Assembly (NCBI GenBank): GCA_963668695.2
Contig: CAXXLQ010000004.1
Span: 2,688,001 to 2,752,000, forward strand
Reading direction: 5' to 3'
DNA length: 64,000 nt
Origin: Vicinamibacteria bacterium
Lineage (GTDB): Bacteria; Acidobacteriota; Vicinamibacteria; Marinacidobacterales; Marinacidobacteraceae
Position 1 is the stretch's first letter, and each line of letters begins with the position of its first letter. The translations under genes and the position numbers were made by a program. This document shows positions 49,462 through 59,177 of this stretch, piece by piece. Under the pieces are notes generated by a model that did no database searches, was not told the origin of the DNA, and saw only the letters and a program-made list of their open reading frames with translations.

Positions 49462-50624
49462 CACCGCCGTCCATTCCCATCCGGGATACCGAAACCCAGG
49501 CTGAAATCCGACGGGCCGTCCGGGAGTTCGCGGCCACCGAGATCCTTCCCCACGCCTCGCGCTGGGACGACGAGGAGTCCTTCCCGGGGGAAACGGTTCG
49601 GAAGCTGGGCGAGCTCGGTTTTCTGGGCCCCATCTTTCCGGAGGAGTACGGCGGCGCCGGTTTCAACTATGGCGAGTACGCGGTACTCATCGAGGAATTG
49701 GCCCGCGCCGACGCTTCGGTGGCGATCACCGTGGCGGCCCACGTTTCGCTCGCCGCGAACCACATCTACGAACAGGGAACCGAGGAGCAGAAGGCGAAAT
49801 ACCTCACTCCGCTGGCTTCCGGCGAAGCGCTCGGTGCGTGGAGCCTGACCGAGCCGGGCGCCGGAAGCGACGCGGGCGGAACCCGCGCTACCGCAGTCCG
49901 CGACGAGAACGGGTGGGTCCTGAACGGGAGCAAGACGTTCACCACGAACGGTTCGCAGGCGGACATCGCGATCTGCATGGCTTCCACGGATCTGGCCCTC
50001 CGCACCGGCGGGATTTCGGCCTTCATCGTCGAGCGGGGGACTCCGGGTTTCCGCTCGGGAAGAAAGGAAAGGAAGCTTGGGCACCGGGCATCGGACACCT
50101 CCGAAATGGTCTTCGAGGACTGCCGGGTACCGGCCGAGAACCTGCTCGGACCGGTGGGGGCCGGCTTCAAGGGCGCGATGAAGGTGCTCGACGGTGGCCG
50201 GATCAGCATCGCGGCGCTCTCCCTCGGCATCGCCCGCGCCGCCTTCGAGTGCGCGGCCGCCTACGCGCAGGAGCGCCGTCAGTTCGACCGGCGGATCAGC
50301 GACTTCCAGGGAGTGCGGTTCCCGCTCGCGGATTCCAAACTGGAGATCGATGCGTCACATCTCCTCATCCAGCGCGCCGCCGCCCTCAAGGACTCCGGAG
50401 TCACGACGACCTCCGAATCGGCGATGGCCAAGCTCTTCGCGAGCGAGACGGCGGTCCGGGTGACGAACCGCGCGGTCCAGGTGCTCGGGGGTTACGGATA
50501 CACCCGGGAGTATCCGGCCGAGCGCTACCTTCGGGATGCGAAGCTCATGACCATCGGGGAGGGAACCTCGGAGATCCAGCGGCTGATCATCGCCCGGCCC
50601 ATTCTCGGGCGGATCGGCGGTTGA
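49458..50624 (+). CDS. Acyl-CoA dehydrogenase
   Basis: [31 protein letters not shown]. Confidence 0.95.
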   Translation: MTPPSIPIRDTETQAEIRRAVREFAATEILPHASRWDDEESFPGETVRKLGELGFLGPIFPEEYGGAGFNYGEYAVLIEELARADASVAITVAAHVSLAANHIYEQGTEEQKAKYLTPLASGEALGAWSLTEPGAGSDAGGTRATAVRDENGWVLNGSKTFTTNGSQADIAICMASTDLALRTGGISAFIVERGTPGFRSGRKERKLGHRASDTSEMVFEDCRVPAENLLGPVGAGFKGAMKVLDGGRISIAALSLGIARAAFECAAAYAQERRQFDRRISDFQGVRFPLADSKLEIDASHLLIQRAAALKDSGVTTTSESAMAKLFASETAVRVTNRAVQVLGGYGYTREYPAERYLRDAKLMTIGEGTSEIQRLIIARPILGRIGG

Positions 50625-50637
50625 TCACCCGCATCAG

Positions 50638-50834
50638 CAGCCGGTGGTGAAACCCATGCGGCGTTCGGCCGGCGATCCATCCCGGCTGAACCGCGTCGCT
50701 TCGCGCCGCTCATCGTTGCGTTTCGGTCGAAATACACCCGGGCCAGTTCTCCCGGTGGGGGCTCCTCCCTCACGCGCCTTGTCAGCCGGGCGCCTCGCCG
50801 GCCTCGGCGCTCACCCGGGTTCCACGACAGGCTG
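50638..50834 (-). mobile_element. MITE copy 8 (197 bp, one motif insertion)
   Basis: TIRs; flanks TCAG/CTAG; TAT replaced by 21-bp motif. Confidence 0.88.
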
Positions 50835-50851
50835 CTAGCGGGGAGCGCGCC

Positions 50852-52090
50852 TTGGCATCGGACGCGGATCGCGACGCCGGATTGCTTCGCGCCGGATTGT
50901 TTCGCAAGGTCGCGGCCGGCGACCGCCGCGCGCTGGCCCGCGCCATCACCCTGGTGGAGGGTGGCGCGGAGGGGGCGCGCCGGGCGGCCCTGACCCTCGG
51001 CTGGCCGGACCGGGCCCGGGTGATTGGCCTGACCGGTCCGCCGGGGGTTGGGAAGAGCGAACTGGCGAATCACCTCGCTGCGGGATTTGCCGCAGAAGGG
51101 CGCCCGGTGGCGGTGCTCGCGGTGGATCCCTCCAGCCCCCGGACCGGAGGGGCGCTCCTCGGCGATCGGGTGCGGTTCACCGGCGATCCGAACGCGATTT
51201 TCTTCCGGAGCATGGCGGCTCGCGACGGCGATGGAGGCCTGGCTCCCGAGGTGCCGGCGGTTTTGCGGCTCCTGGCCGCGGGCGGCGCGGAGCGCATCCT
51301 GTTGGAGACGGTGGGCGTGGGGCAGGGGGACGTGTCGGTCCTGGAGCTCGCCGATCTCGGGGTGGCGGTGACGGCTCCCGGCCTGGGCGACGCGGTGCAG
51401 GCGGCGAAGGCTGGACTCTTCGAGGTGGCCGACTTCGTGGTGGTGAATCAGGCGGATCGTTCCGGGGCCGAGGCGATGGCGGCTGCATTCCGCGCCCTCC
51501 GGTCCGGACCGGTGCTGTTGACCTCCGCAGTTGAGGGAACCGGCGTGAAGGAACTCCGGGCGGCTCTGGAGGCGGACCTTGCGGCCCGCGCTCCGCTCAA
51601 TCGTCCCGGCTCTTCCGGTGACGTCGGGCCCAACCCGGAGGAAGCGAACCCGGAGGAAGCGGGCCCGGAGGTCCGTCTGCACCATGTGGGGATTGCGGTA
51701 CGGGACGGCGGAGCGGCCGCCGAGCTTTGGCGCACGCTGTTGGGGCTTCGGGAAGCGGGCCGCTATCCGGTGGAAGAGTTCGGCGTTTTGGCCCTCTTCC
51801 TGGCGCCGGAGCGACCGCCCACCCCGGCCGGCGGCGGTCTTCTGGAACTCCTCGAGCCCATGGCTCCGGACAGCCCGGTCGCCCGTTTCCTGTCCCGGCG
51901 AGGCGAAGGGCTCCATCACGTCTGCTTCGAGGTCGAGGACATCCACCGGACGCTGGCCGCCCTCGAATCACGGGGCGTTCGCCTGGTGGACCGGGAGCCA
52001 CGCCGCGGCGCCGGAGGCCATTTGGTCGCCTTCATCCACCCGGCGAGTGCGGGGGGTGTACTGCTGGAGCTGAAACAGGCCGATCCGTGA
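50852..52090 (+). CDS. MeaB/ArgK GTPase fused to methylmalonyl-CoA epimerase
   Basis: GPPGVGKS, VDPSSP..GGALLGDR, ETVGVGQ; then HHVGIAV, ELLEP, GEGLHHVCFEV, GGVLLEL. Confidence 0.88.
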   Translation: MASDADRDAGLLRAGLFRKVAAGDRRALARAITLVEGGAEGARRAALTLGWPDRARVIGLTGPPGVGKSELANHLAAGFAAEGRPVAVLAVDPSSPRTGGALLGDRVRFTGDPNAIFFRSMAARDGDGGLAPEVPAVLRLLAAGGAERILLETVGVGQGDVSVLELADLGVAVTAPGLGDAVQAAKAGLFEVADFVVVNQADRSGAEAMAAAFRALRSGPVLLTSAVEGTGVKELRAALEADLAARAPLNRPGSSGDVGPNPEEANPEEAGPEVRLHHVGIAVRDGGAAAELWRTLLGLREAGRYPVEEFGVLALFLAPERPPTPAGGGLLELLEPMAPDSPVARFLSRRGEGLHHVCFEVEDIHRTLAALESRGVRLVDREPRRGAGGHLVAFIHPASAGGVLLELKQADP

Positions 52091-52172
52091 CGTCCGGGTG
52101 GTTCGCAGCTTCCCGGAGTTCGGCCGCTCGGCACTGGGCCACCACGCTGGACCCGGATAGGCTTTCGGAGTC

Positions 52173-52913
52173 ATGAAACCCGCTCTCTCTTTCCGCCGCG
52201 ACTTGCTGATGCTGGCGGGCGGCGTCCCGGCCGCCTACGCCCTGGGACTCTGGTTGGGTTCCATGGGCGTGGGCTTCGCCCGCTGGCTGCTGCCGCTCCT
52301 GCTCGCGGCCCCGGCGATCCACGCTCTCTGGCGCACCCTGGGGGAAGGGCGGCGCTCCGAGGCAGTCCGGTTGATGCTCGGCTGGGCGCTCGCGCTCGCT
52401 GTCTTCGGACCGATCGCGATGGCGATCGCGCCCGAGGCCGCCGAGGCGTCGGTCCTTCGCGGTGCGGACTACCGCGAAGAGATGATGTCCTGGCTCGCGA
52501 CGGGAGAGGGCGCGGAGGGAGACATCCGGATGTTCCTCCCGCTCCATCTGCAGCGGCTCCTCCTCTTCGTCCCGCTCTCGCTGGTGAGCGGCGGCGCGCT
52601 CGGGCTCCTGATGGGCGCGGTGATGATGAACTTCATGGACTTTTTCGTCGCTTCCTACGCGGCGGCCGCGAGCGGAGTCCCGGCGGCGCTGGCCTGGTTC
52701 CCCTGGGCCCTGTGTCGGGTGGTGGCGTTCGTCATCCTCGGGGTAGTGACCGCCGAACCACTCGTCCGGCGACTCGCCAAAGTCACGGCGCCGCTCCAAC
52801 CCGGACGCGGCCGCCTGCTCTACCTGGCCGGCGCGCTCCTGGTCGCCGATGTGGTGCTCAAGGCGGCGCTCGCCCCGATGTGGGGCCGGTTCCTCGCCGG
52901 CTTTCTCAACTGA
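52173..52913 (+). CDS. Integral membrane protein
   Basis: Multiple hydrophobic segments; GGAG RBS; no recognised motif. Confidence 0.7.
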   Translation: MKPALSFRRDLLMLAGGVPAAYALGLWLGSMGVGFARWLLPLLLAAPAIHALWRTLGEGRRSEAVRLMLGWALALAVFGPIAMAIAPEAAEASVLRGADYREEMMSWLATGEGAEGDIRMFLPLHLQRLLLFVPLSLVSGGALGLLMGAVMMNFMDFFVASYAAAASGVPAALAWFPWALCRVVAFVILGVVTAEPLVRRLAKVTAPLQPGRGRLLYLAGALLVADVVLKAALAPMWGRFLAGFLN

Positions 52914-53000
52914 CGCCGTAGGCGGAGGCGTCGGACCAGCGTCAAGCGCGCGCGACCGCGGGAGTACGTCCAGCCGACCAACGCGACGACGCGCGACGGC

Positions 53001-53038
53001 GGAACGCCGGCCAGTTCTCCCGGCGGGGGCCTCCGGCC
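53001..53038. repeat. 38-bp repeat, inverted partner of 53895-53932
   Basis: 33 of 38 positions match the reverse complement of 53895-53932. Confidence 0.75.
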
Positions 53039-53077
53039 TACACACGGAATTTCTGACAGTCCTGGTTCCGCGGCTCC

Positions 53078-53579
53078 AGCGTGGAGTTCCACCCGCTACA
53101 GCGTGGAGTTCCCGCCAACAGACCCCGCCAGAGCGTGGAGTTCTCGCCAACAGACCCCGCCAGAGCGTGGAGTCTCGCCAACAGCGGCCAGCGTGGAGTT
53201 CTCGCCAACAGACCCCGCTACAGCGTGGAGTTCGCGGCCAGCGTGGAGTTCTCGCCAACAGACCCCGCTACAGCGTGGAGTTCCGCGGCTCCAGCGTGGA
53301 GTTCTCGCCAACAGACCCCGCCAGAGCGTGGAGTTCCGCGGCTCCAGCGTGGAGTTCCGCCAACAGACCCCGCTACAGCGTGGAGTTCGGCGGCTCCAGC
53401 GTGGAGTTCCCGCCAGCAGACCCCGCCAGAGCGTGGAGTTCGGCGGCTCCAGCGTGGAGTTCCCGCCAACAGACCCCGCCAGAGCGTGGAGTTCGGCGGC
53501 TCCAGCGTGGAGTTCCCGCCAGCAGACGCCGCTACAGCGTGGAGTTTCCGCCAACAGGCCCTACCACAGCGTGGAGTTC
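53078..53579. repeat. 19-copy AGCGTGGAGTTC array with a 53-bp higher-order unit
   Basis: Cores spaced mostly 21 and 32 bp alternately. Confidence 0.92.
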
Positions 53580-53604
53580 GGCAAAAAAGCGCCGGATTCC
53601 GCGG

Positions 53605-53679
53605 TGGTGGGCGATGCAGGATTTGAACCTGCGACTTCTACCGTGTGAAGGTAGCACTCTTCCGCTGAGTTAATCGCCC
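53605..53679 (-). tRNA. tRNA-Val (anticodon CAC)
   Basis: GGGCGAT acceptor stem, CTACC-TTCACAC-GGTAG anticodon arm, GGTTCAAATCC T-loop, encoded CCA. Confidence 0.97.
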
Positions 53680-53740
53680 GTTGCCGGGTGCTGCCGGGGC
53701 GATGCGGACTGACGTCGCGCCCCGGCGGCCGAGGGCTGGG

Positions 53741-53769
53741 ACGCTAGCAATCCGCCCGGTTTCCGTCAA
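53741..53769 (-). promoter_or_regulatory. Sigma70-type promoter of tRNA-Val
   Basis: TTGACG-17 bp-TAGCGT on the minus strand. Confidence 0.7.
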
Positions 53770-53894
53770 CCCGTCACGAGAGGACGACCGTGCGCGCTCG
53801 CCCGCCGGCGGCCAGCGGCCGGCCTTCCAGGCCGTCCCCGCGCTTCTTCTCGATCAACCGTACGCGGTTTCGCGGCCCTCCGGGCCGCGGTGCC

Positions 53895-53932
53895 GGTCTG
53901 AAGCCCCCACCGGGAGGACTGGCCGGCGTTCC
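53895..53932. repeat. 38-bp repeat, inverted partner of 53001-53038
   Basis: Contains CCCCCACCGGGAGGACTGGCC. Confidence 0.75.
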
Positions 53933-53948
53933 CTCGCCCTACCGCTTC

Positions 53949-55364
53949 CTAGGAGATCTCCACCTTCATCATGTTCGTGGCGCCACTCAGTTGGTGGGTG
54001 CCGCAGACGAGCACGAGGCGGTCGCCGGAGGCGATATAGCGTTCTGATCGGAGCTGGTCCAAGGCCTTTTTGAGCATTTGATCGGTGGTTCGGAACCGCC
54101 GGTTGCGCATGGGGCGGACGCCCCAACGGAGCGCCAGGCGTCGAAATACGTGCTCGGAAGTCGTGAATCCGAAGATCCCGCACCGCGGCCGCATCCGGCT
54201 GACCTGACGGACGGTGGCTCCGGAATCGGTGAAGGCGACGATGTAGGACGCGTCGATCGTGGCGGCGGCCTCGCGCGCCGCGGCGGCGATGGCGTGTTCT
54301 ACGCGGCTCCGGTCGATCAGGGCCTGGTAGTGGGGCCGTTCGCCGAAGTCCGCATGCTGCTCGGTATAGGTGGCGAGGCGGTCCAGCGTGCGTACGGCCT
54401 CGATGGGGTACTCCCCGACGGACGTTTCGCCGGAGAGCATTACGGCGTCGCTTCCGTCGAGGATCGCGTTTGCGACATCGGAGGCCTCGGCCCGGGTAGG
54501 CATCGGATGCGAAATCATGGAGTCCAGCATCTGGGTGGCCGTAATCGCGATCTTGCCCCGCGAATTCGCCTCGCGAATGATCCATTTCTGGACGATGGGA
54601 ACCCGCTCCGAGGAGGTTTCCACTCCGAGGTCACCACGAGCGACCATCACCCCGTCCGAGACCTTGAGAATCTCGTCGAGGTTCTCGAGAGCTTCGGGCC
54701 TCTCGATCTTGGCGATCAGCGGTATGTCCTCCCGATCCATCCGGGCGAGCAACCCGCGGACAGTCTCGACGTCCCGCGCGCGCTGCACGAAAGACACCGC
54801 GAGATAGTCCACTCCCGCGGCAACCGCCGCCTGCAGGTCGGCGCGGTCCTTGACGGTGAGCGAGGGACCGGAAAGGGGTACCCCGGGCAAGTTGAGGCCC
54901 TTCCGGGAAGACAGGATGCCTCCCACCACCACTTCGGTCTGCACGTCCCCGTCTGCTGCCTTGAGAACCCGGAGTTTGAGGAGGCCATCGTCGATCAGGA
55001 TGAAATCCCCGGGGCGCACGTCGCGGGCGAGCTGGGGGTACGTTGTCGAAACGGTATCCGCAGTTCCCTCGATGGCCCGGGAGGTGATTACGAACCTGGT
55101 TCCCGGCTTCAGTTCGACTCCTCCTGCCGGCACCTCGCCGGTCCTCATTTTGGGACCAGCGAGATCCGCGAGCGTGGCCACCGCGCGACCGGCCTTGCGA
55201 GCGGCGCGGCGCACGATTCGCACGCGTCTCTGCAGGCTCCCCGCGGTCTCGTGTGCGCAGTTGAGACGGGCCGCGTCCATTCCGGCGTCGACGAGCGCCT
55301 CCACGGCGGCTGCGGAGCGCGTTACCGGACCCAGGGTGGCGATGATCTTCGTTCGGCGAAACAT
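53949..55364 (-). CDS. pyk: Pyruvate kinase
   Basis: RRTKIIATLGP, IAKIE, MVARGDLG, ATQMLDSM, PTRAEASD. Confidence 0.97.
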   Translation of the reverse strand: MFRRTKIIATLGPVTRSAAAVEALVDAGMDAARLNCAHETAGSLQRRVRIVRRAARKAGRAVATLADLAGPKMRTGEVPAGGVELKPGTRFVITSRAIEGTADTVSTTYPQLARDVRPGDFILIDDGLLKLRVLKAADGDVQTEVVVGGILSSRKGLNLPGVPLSGPSLTVKDRADLQAAVAAGVDYLAVSFVQRARDVETVRGLLARMDREDIPLIAKIERPEALENLDEILKVSDGVMVARGDLGVETSSERVPIVQKWIIREANSRGKIAITATQMLDSMISHPMPTRAEASDVANAILDGSDAVMLSGETSVGEYPIEAVRTLDRLATYTEQHADFGERPHYQALIDRSRVEHAIAAAAREAAATIDASYIVAFTDSGATVRQVSRMRPRCGIFGFTTSEHVFRRLALRWGVRPMRNRRFRTTDQMLKKALDQLRSERYIASGDRLVLVCGTHQLSGATNMMKVEIS

Positions 55365-55369
55365 GGAGG

Positions 55370-56077
55370 CTAACCGGGTTCCGGGGTGGTGGATGAACCC
55401 GTCGCCCGCGGTTGCAGCACCGTCAGCAGGACCTTCACACTCGCGAGGAAAGAGCCGGTGAGCGTTTCAACCCGCCCGGTTGCCCCGCGCGCTCGCCGGC
55501 TGGAAACCGGAACTTCCACCGAAGGGATTCGGGCTCGGGCGGCATTCACCTGCATCTCGGCGAGCCAGCCGAAATCCGGGTCCGACAGTCCCAATCGGGG
55601 AATCACCTGCCAACGAACCGCCCGGAAGGGGCCGAGGTCGGTGAAGCGATATCCGTACAGGAGCAGGATGAGGCGGGTCGCGATCCAGTGTCCGACCCGA
55701 ACCAGGCTCGGGTAGGCGCCGGGGTCGGGTTCACCCCGGCTGCGGGACCCCATCACGAAGTCCACGGCCGGAGAAAAAAGTGGAGACAGCACGGCGGGAA
55801 GTTCCTCGGCATCGTCGGCGCCGTCGCCCCGAAGGAACACGACGACATCGGGAGGCTCGGCGGCGAGGTGGACCATCCCCGCGAGGCAGGCGCGCCCGTA
55901 TCCCGGGCGTGGTTCCTCCACGGGCGTCGCCCCGTACTGGCGCGCCGGCTCGACGATATCGGCGCCCGGGCCCCCGACGACCACGATCCGCTCGAGATGG
56001 CCGTGGGGAAGCGCCGCCAGCACGCGGGAGAGTTCCGGCCCGCCGGCAGGTGCGGGAATGATCGCCGCCGTTCGCAA
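55370..56077 (-). CDS. GT2-fold glycosyltransferase-like protein with degenerate motifs
   Basis: GYGRAC, VMGSR, FTDLGPFRA, EMQV, EVPV; TTG start inferred. Confidence 0.8.
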   Translation of the reverse strand: MRTAAIIPAPAGGPELSRVLAALPHGHLERIVVVGGPGADIVEPARQYGATPVEEPRPGYGRACLAGMVHLAAEPPDVVVFLRGDGADDAEELPAVLSPLFSPAVDFVMGSRSRGEPDPGAYPSLVRVGHWIATRLILLLYGYRFTDLGPFRAVRWQVIPRLGLSDPDFGWLAEMQVNAARARIPSVEVPVSSRRARGATGRVETLTGSFLASVKVLLTVLQPRATGSSTTPEPG

Positions 56078-56129
56078 TGGCTCTTCAGTCTCGTTTCGCG
56101 GGGGCAGTATACGAGGCTGTTCCCGTAGG

Positions 56130-57773
56130 ATGGACGCCGTGAACGACCTGCCGATCCGATTCCGATTCCTCCTGGTCGCCGCGGCGGCGCTCGCTGCCGC
56201 CTGTTCGAACGGCCCGCCACCGGAGGGTGAAGCGGGACCGGCGGTCCTCTTCCGGGACGGCCGGATCCTCGATGGGACCGGAAACCCCTGGTATCTGGGG
56301 GATGTGCTGGTGGTGGGTGACCGCATCGCCCGCGTTGGCGTCATTCCCGCCGAAGAGGTTCCGGCCGGCGCGCGCGAGGTTGAGGCTGCCGGGCTCACCA
56401 TCATGCCCGGCTTCATCGATCCGCACTCGCACGCGGGCCCGGGGCTTGCCACTCCGGAACTGCGGGCCGGGGAACCGGTGATCCGGCAGGGGATCACCAC
56501 GGTCATGGTGAATCCGGACGGCGGCGGCGAGGTGGACTTGGCGGAGCAGGGCCGCAGTCTCCGCGAAGGCGGGATCGGGGTCAATGTCGCGCTCATGATC
56601 GGCCATGGGGCGGTACGGCGCGAGGTGCTCGGCATGGAGGACCGGCCGCCGACCGAGGAGGAACTCGAGCGGATGGCCGGGCTCGTGCGTTCGGGAATGG
56701 AGGCCGGAGCCTTCGGGATGACCGGAGGCCTCTACTACGCCCCGGGCAGCTATGCGGCGAACGACGAAGTGGTGCGGCTCGCCGCCGAGATCGCGCCGTT
56801 CGGCGCCTTCATCAGCCATATCCGGGATGAAAGCGATTACAACATCGGTCTGGTCGCCGCCGTCGAGGAAGTGATCGAGGTGGCGGAGACCCACGGCATC
56901 CGCGGCGTGGTGACCCACTTCAAGGCGCTCGGTCCGACGGTCTGGGGTCTCAGCCGGGAGGCGACGGCCGCCATCGATGCGGCGCGGGCCCGCGGGGTGG
57001 AGGTCTTCGCCGACCAGTACCCCTACGAGGCGTCCGGAACCAGCATTGTCGGAGCGCTCGTTCCGCGTTGGGCGCTCGCGGGCGAAACGATGCCGGGGAT
57101 GCCTTCTCCGCTCGAGAATCGGCTACACAGTCCACCGGAGCGCGCGCGCCTGAGGGCCGAGATGCTGGTCGCCCTGGAGCGGCGGGGCGGCGCTGACACG
57201 CTGCTCCTCTCCCGCCACCGGGCCGATACCGCGCTCGAAGGGCGATATCTGAGCGACCTCGCGGAGGAGTGGGACCTCGAGCCCATTGATGCGGCTCTCC
57301 GCCTGCTCGACGCGGGCGGCGCGGGGCTGGTGTCCTTCAACATGTCGGAAGAGGACATCGCCCACATCATGACCCGCGAGTGGACGATGGGTTCCTCGGA
57401 CGGCGGCCTCGTTCCCGCGGGCGAGGGACGGCCGCACCCGCGCTACTACGGCGCGTTTCCACGGCGGATAGCCCGTTACGTCCGGGAGCGGGGCGTGCTC
57501 ACGCTCGCGGAAGCAGTGCGCGGGATGACGAGTCTGCCGGCGACGGTGTTCCGTATGCCCGACCGGGGACAGGTGGCGCCGGGGCGGATCGCCGATCTGC
57601 TCATCGTGGACGTGGGCGGGTTTCGGGACGTTGCCACCTACGAAGACCCCCACGCTCTCGCCGAGGGGATCGTGCACGCGTTGGTGGCCGGCGTCTTCGC
57701 AATCGAGGACGGCGAGGCAACCGGAGCGCTGGCCGGACAGGTGCTGACCCCTCACTGGATGGACAGCGAATGA
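56130..57773 (+). CDS. N-acyl-D-amino-acid deacylase family lipoprotein
   Basis: PGFIDPHSH, SHIRDE, DQYPY, SSDG, HPRYYGAFPR. Confidence 0.92.
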   Translation: MDAVNDLPIRFRFLLVAAAALAAACSNGPPPEGEAGPAVLFRDGRILDGTGNPWYLGDVLVVGDRIARVGVIPAEEVPAGAREVEAAGLTIMPGFIDPHSHAGPGLATPELRAGEPVIRQGITTVMVNPDGGGEVDLAEQGRSLREGGIGVNVALMIGHGAVRREVLGMEDRPPTEEELERMAGLVRSGMEAGAFGMTGGLYYAPGSYAANDEVVRLAAEIAPFGAFISHIRDESDYNIGLVAAVEEVIEVAETHGIRGVVTHFKALGPTVWGLSREATAAIDAARARGVEVFADQYPYEASGTSIVGALVPRWALAGETMPGMPSPLENRLHSPPERARLRAEMLVALERRGGADTLLLSRHRADTALEGRYLSDLAEEWDLEPIDAALRLLDAGGAGLVSFNMSEEDIAHIMTREWTMGSSDGGLVPAGEGRPHPRYYGAFPRRIARYVRERGVLTLAEAVRGMTSLPATVFRMPDRGQVAPGRIADLLIVDVGGFRDVATYEDPHALAEGIVHALVAGVFAIEDGEATGALAGQVLTPHWMDSE

Positions 57774-57791
57774 CGACGAAAGGAGAACCCC

Positions 57792-59177
57792 GTGAACCGT
57801 GAATCCGCGATCGCCGAGACGATCCTTGAAACGGTAGGAGAAACACCGCTCGTCGGCCTCCGGCGCATTGGCCGGGGGCTCCCCGGGCGGGTCGCCGTGA
57901 AGATGGAGTCCTTCAATCCCGGCGGATCCGTCAAGGACCGCATCGCCATCACCATCGTTGAGGACGCGGAGCGCAGCGGTGCGCTCAAACCCGGAGGAAC
58001 GATCATCGAGGGCACCTCGGGAAACACCGGCATGGGTCTCGCGCTGGTCGCGGCGGTGAAGGGCTACCGGTCGATCTTCGTGATGCCGGACAAGATGAGC
58101 GACGAGAAGATCCGGGCGCTCCGGGCGCTCGGCGCCGAGGTGGTGGTGACGCCGACGGCGGTGGAGCCCGAAGATCCGCGCAGCTACTACAGCGTGGCGA
58201 AGCGCCTCGTGGAAGAAACCGAAGGAGCTCTCTACGCGAACCAGTACCACAATCCCGTGAACCCGGAGACCCACTACCGCACGACCGGGCCCGAACTCTG
58301 GCGGCAGGTAGGGCCCGAGATCCACACCCTGGTCTGCGGTCTCGGGACCGGGGGCACCGTCAGCGGGATCGGCCGCTACCTGAAGGAGCAGAACCCGGAG
58401 ATCCGGGTCGTGGGCGCCGACCCCGTGGGTTCGCTCTACGAGGAATACTTTCGCACCGGGAAGGTGGGTGAGGCCCGGAGCTACAAGGTGGAGGGAATCG
58501 GCGAGGACTTCATCCCGTCCACCATCGACTTCGCGGTCATCGACGAGGTAATCCAGGTCACCGACCGGGACTCCTTCCTGATGACCCGCCGGCTCGCGCG
58601 GGAGGAGGGGCTCTTCGTGGGTGGCTCCGCGGGGACGGCGGTAGTGGCGGCGCTCGAGGCGGCGTCGCGAGTTCCTCCCGGGGCGCTCGTGGTGGTCCTC
58701 GCTCCCGATTCCGGCGGGCGGTACCTCTCCAAGATCTTCAGCGACGACTGGATGCGCCAGAACGGCTTCCTGGAACCCGCGCGCGAAGACGCGAGGGTCG
58801 GCGACGTGCTCGCCGCCAAGGGCGGCCAGGAGATCCTGAGCGTTCCCCAGACGGCGGGAGTCCGCGAAGCCGTGACGCTGATGCGGAAGCACGACGTGTC
58901 GCAGCTTCCGGTCCGGGACGAGGACGGTTTCGTCGGGGTCGTTACCGAGGCTTCGCTCCTCGAGGGCCTCTTCTTCGGCGGCGCCAGCCGGGGCGAGGAT
59001 CAGGTCCGCGCGTTTATGAAGACGGACAAGATCGCGTCGGTGGACGTGGACAGTCCCCTCGACGAGTTGGCGCAGATCTTCGCCGGGGGCAGGATCACGG
59101 TGGTGACCGAAGAAGGCCAAGCCGTCGGCTTGCTCACCCCGATCGATCTGCTCGACTACCTCTCGCGGGAAAGCTAA
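57792..59177 (+). CDS. Cystathionine beta-synthase with C-terminal CBS domains
   Basis: NPGGSVKDR, TSGNTG, GTGGT, YKVEGIGEDF; CBS pair. Confidence 0.92.
   Translation: MNRESAIAETILETVGETPLVGLRRIGRGLPGRVAVKMESFNPGGSVKDRIAITIVEDAERSGALKPGGTIIEGTSGNTGMGLALVAAVKGYRSIFVMPDKMSDEKIRALRALGAEVVVTPTAVEPEDPRSYYSVAKRLVEETEGALYANQYHNPVNPETHYRTTGPELWRQVGPEIHTLVCGLGTGGTVSGIGRYLKEQNPEIRVVGADPVGSLYEEYFRTGKVGEARSYKVEGIGEDFIPSTIDFAVIDEVIQVTDRDSFLMTRRLAREEGLFVGGSAGTAVVAALEAASRVPPGALVVVLAPDSGGRYLSKIFSDDWMRQNGFLEPAREDARVGDVLAAKGGQEILSVPQTAGVREAVTLMRKHDVSQLPVRDEDGFVGVVTEASLLEGLFFGGASRGEDQVRAFMKTDKIASVDVDSPLDELAQIFAGGRITVVTEEGQAVGLLTPIDLLDYLSRES

Noticed and set aside
53078-53579. CRISPR array
   Set aside because: The repeat is only 12 bp, the linkers are recurring rather than unique, and no cas genes are present
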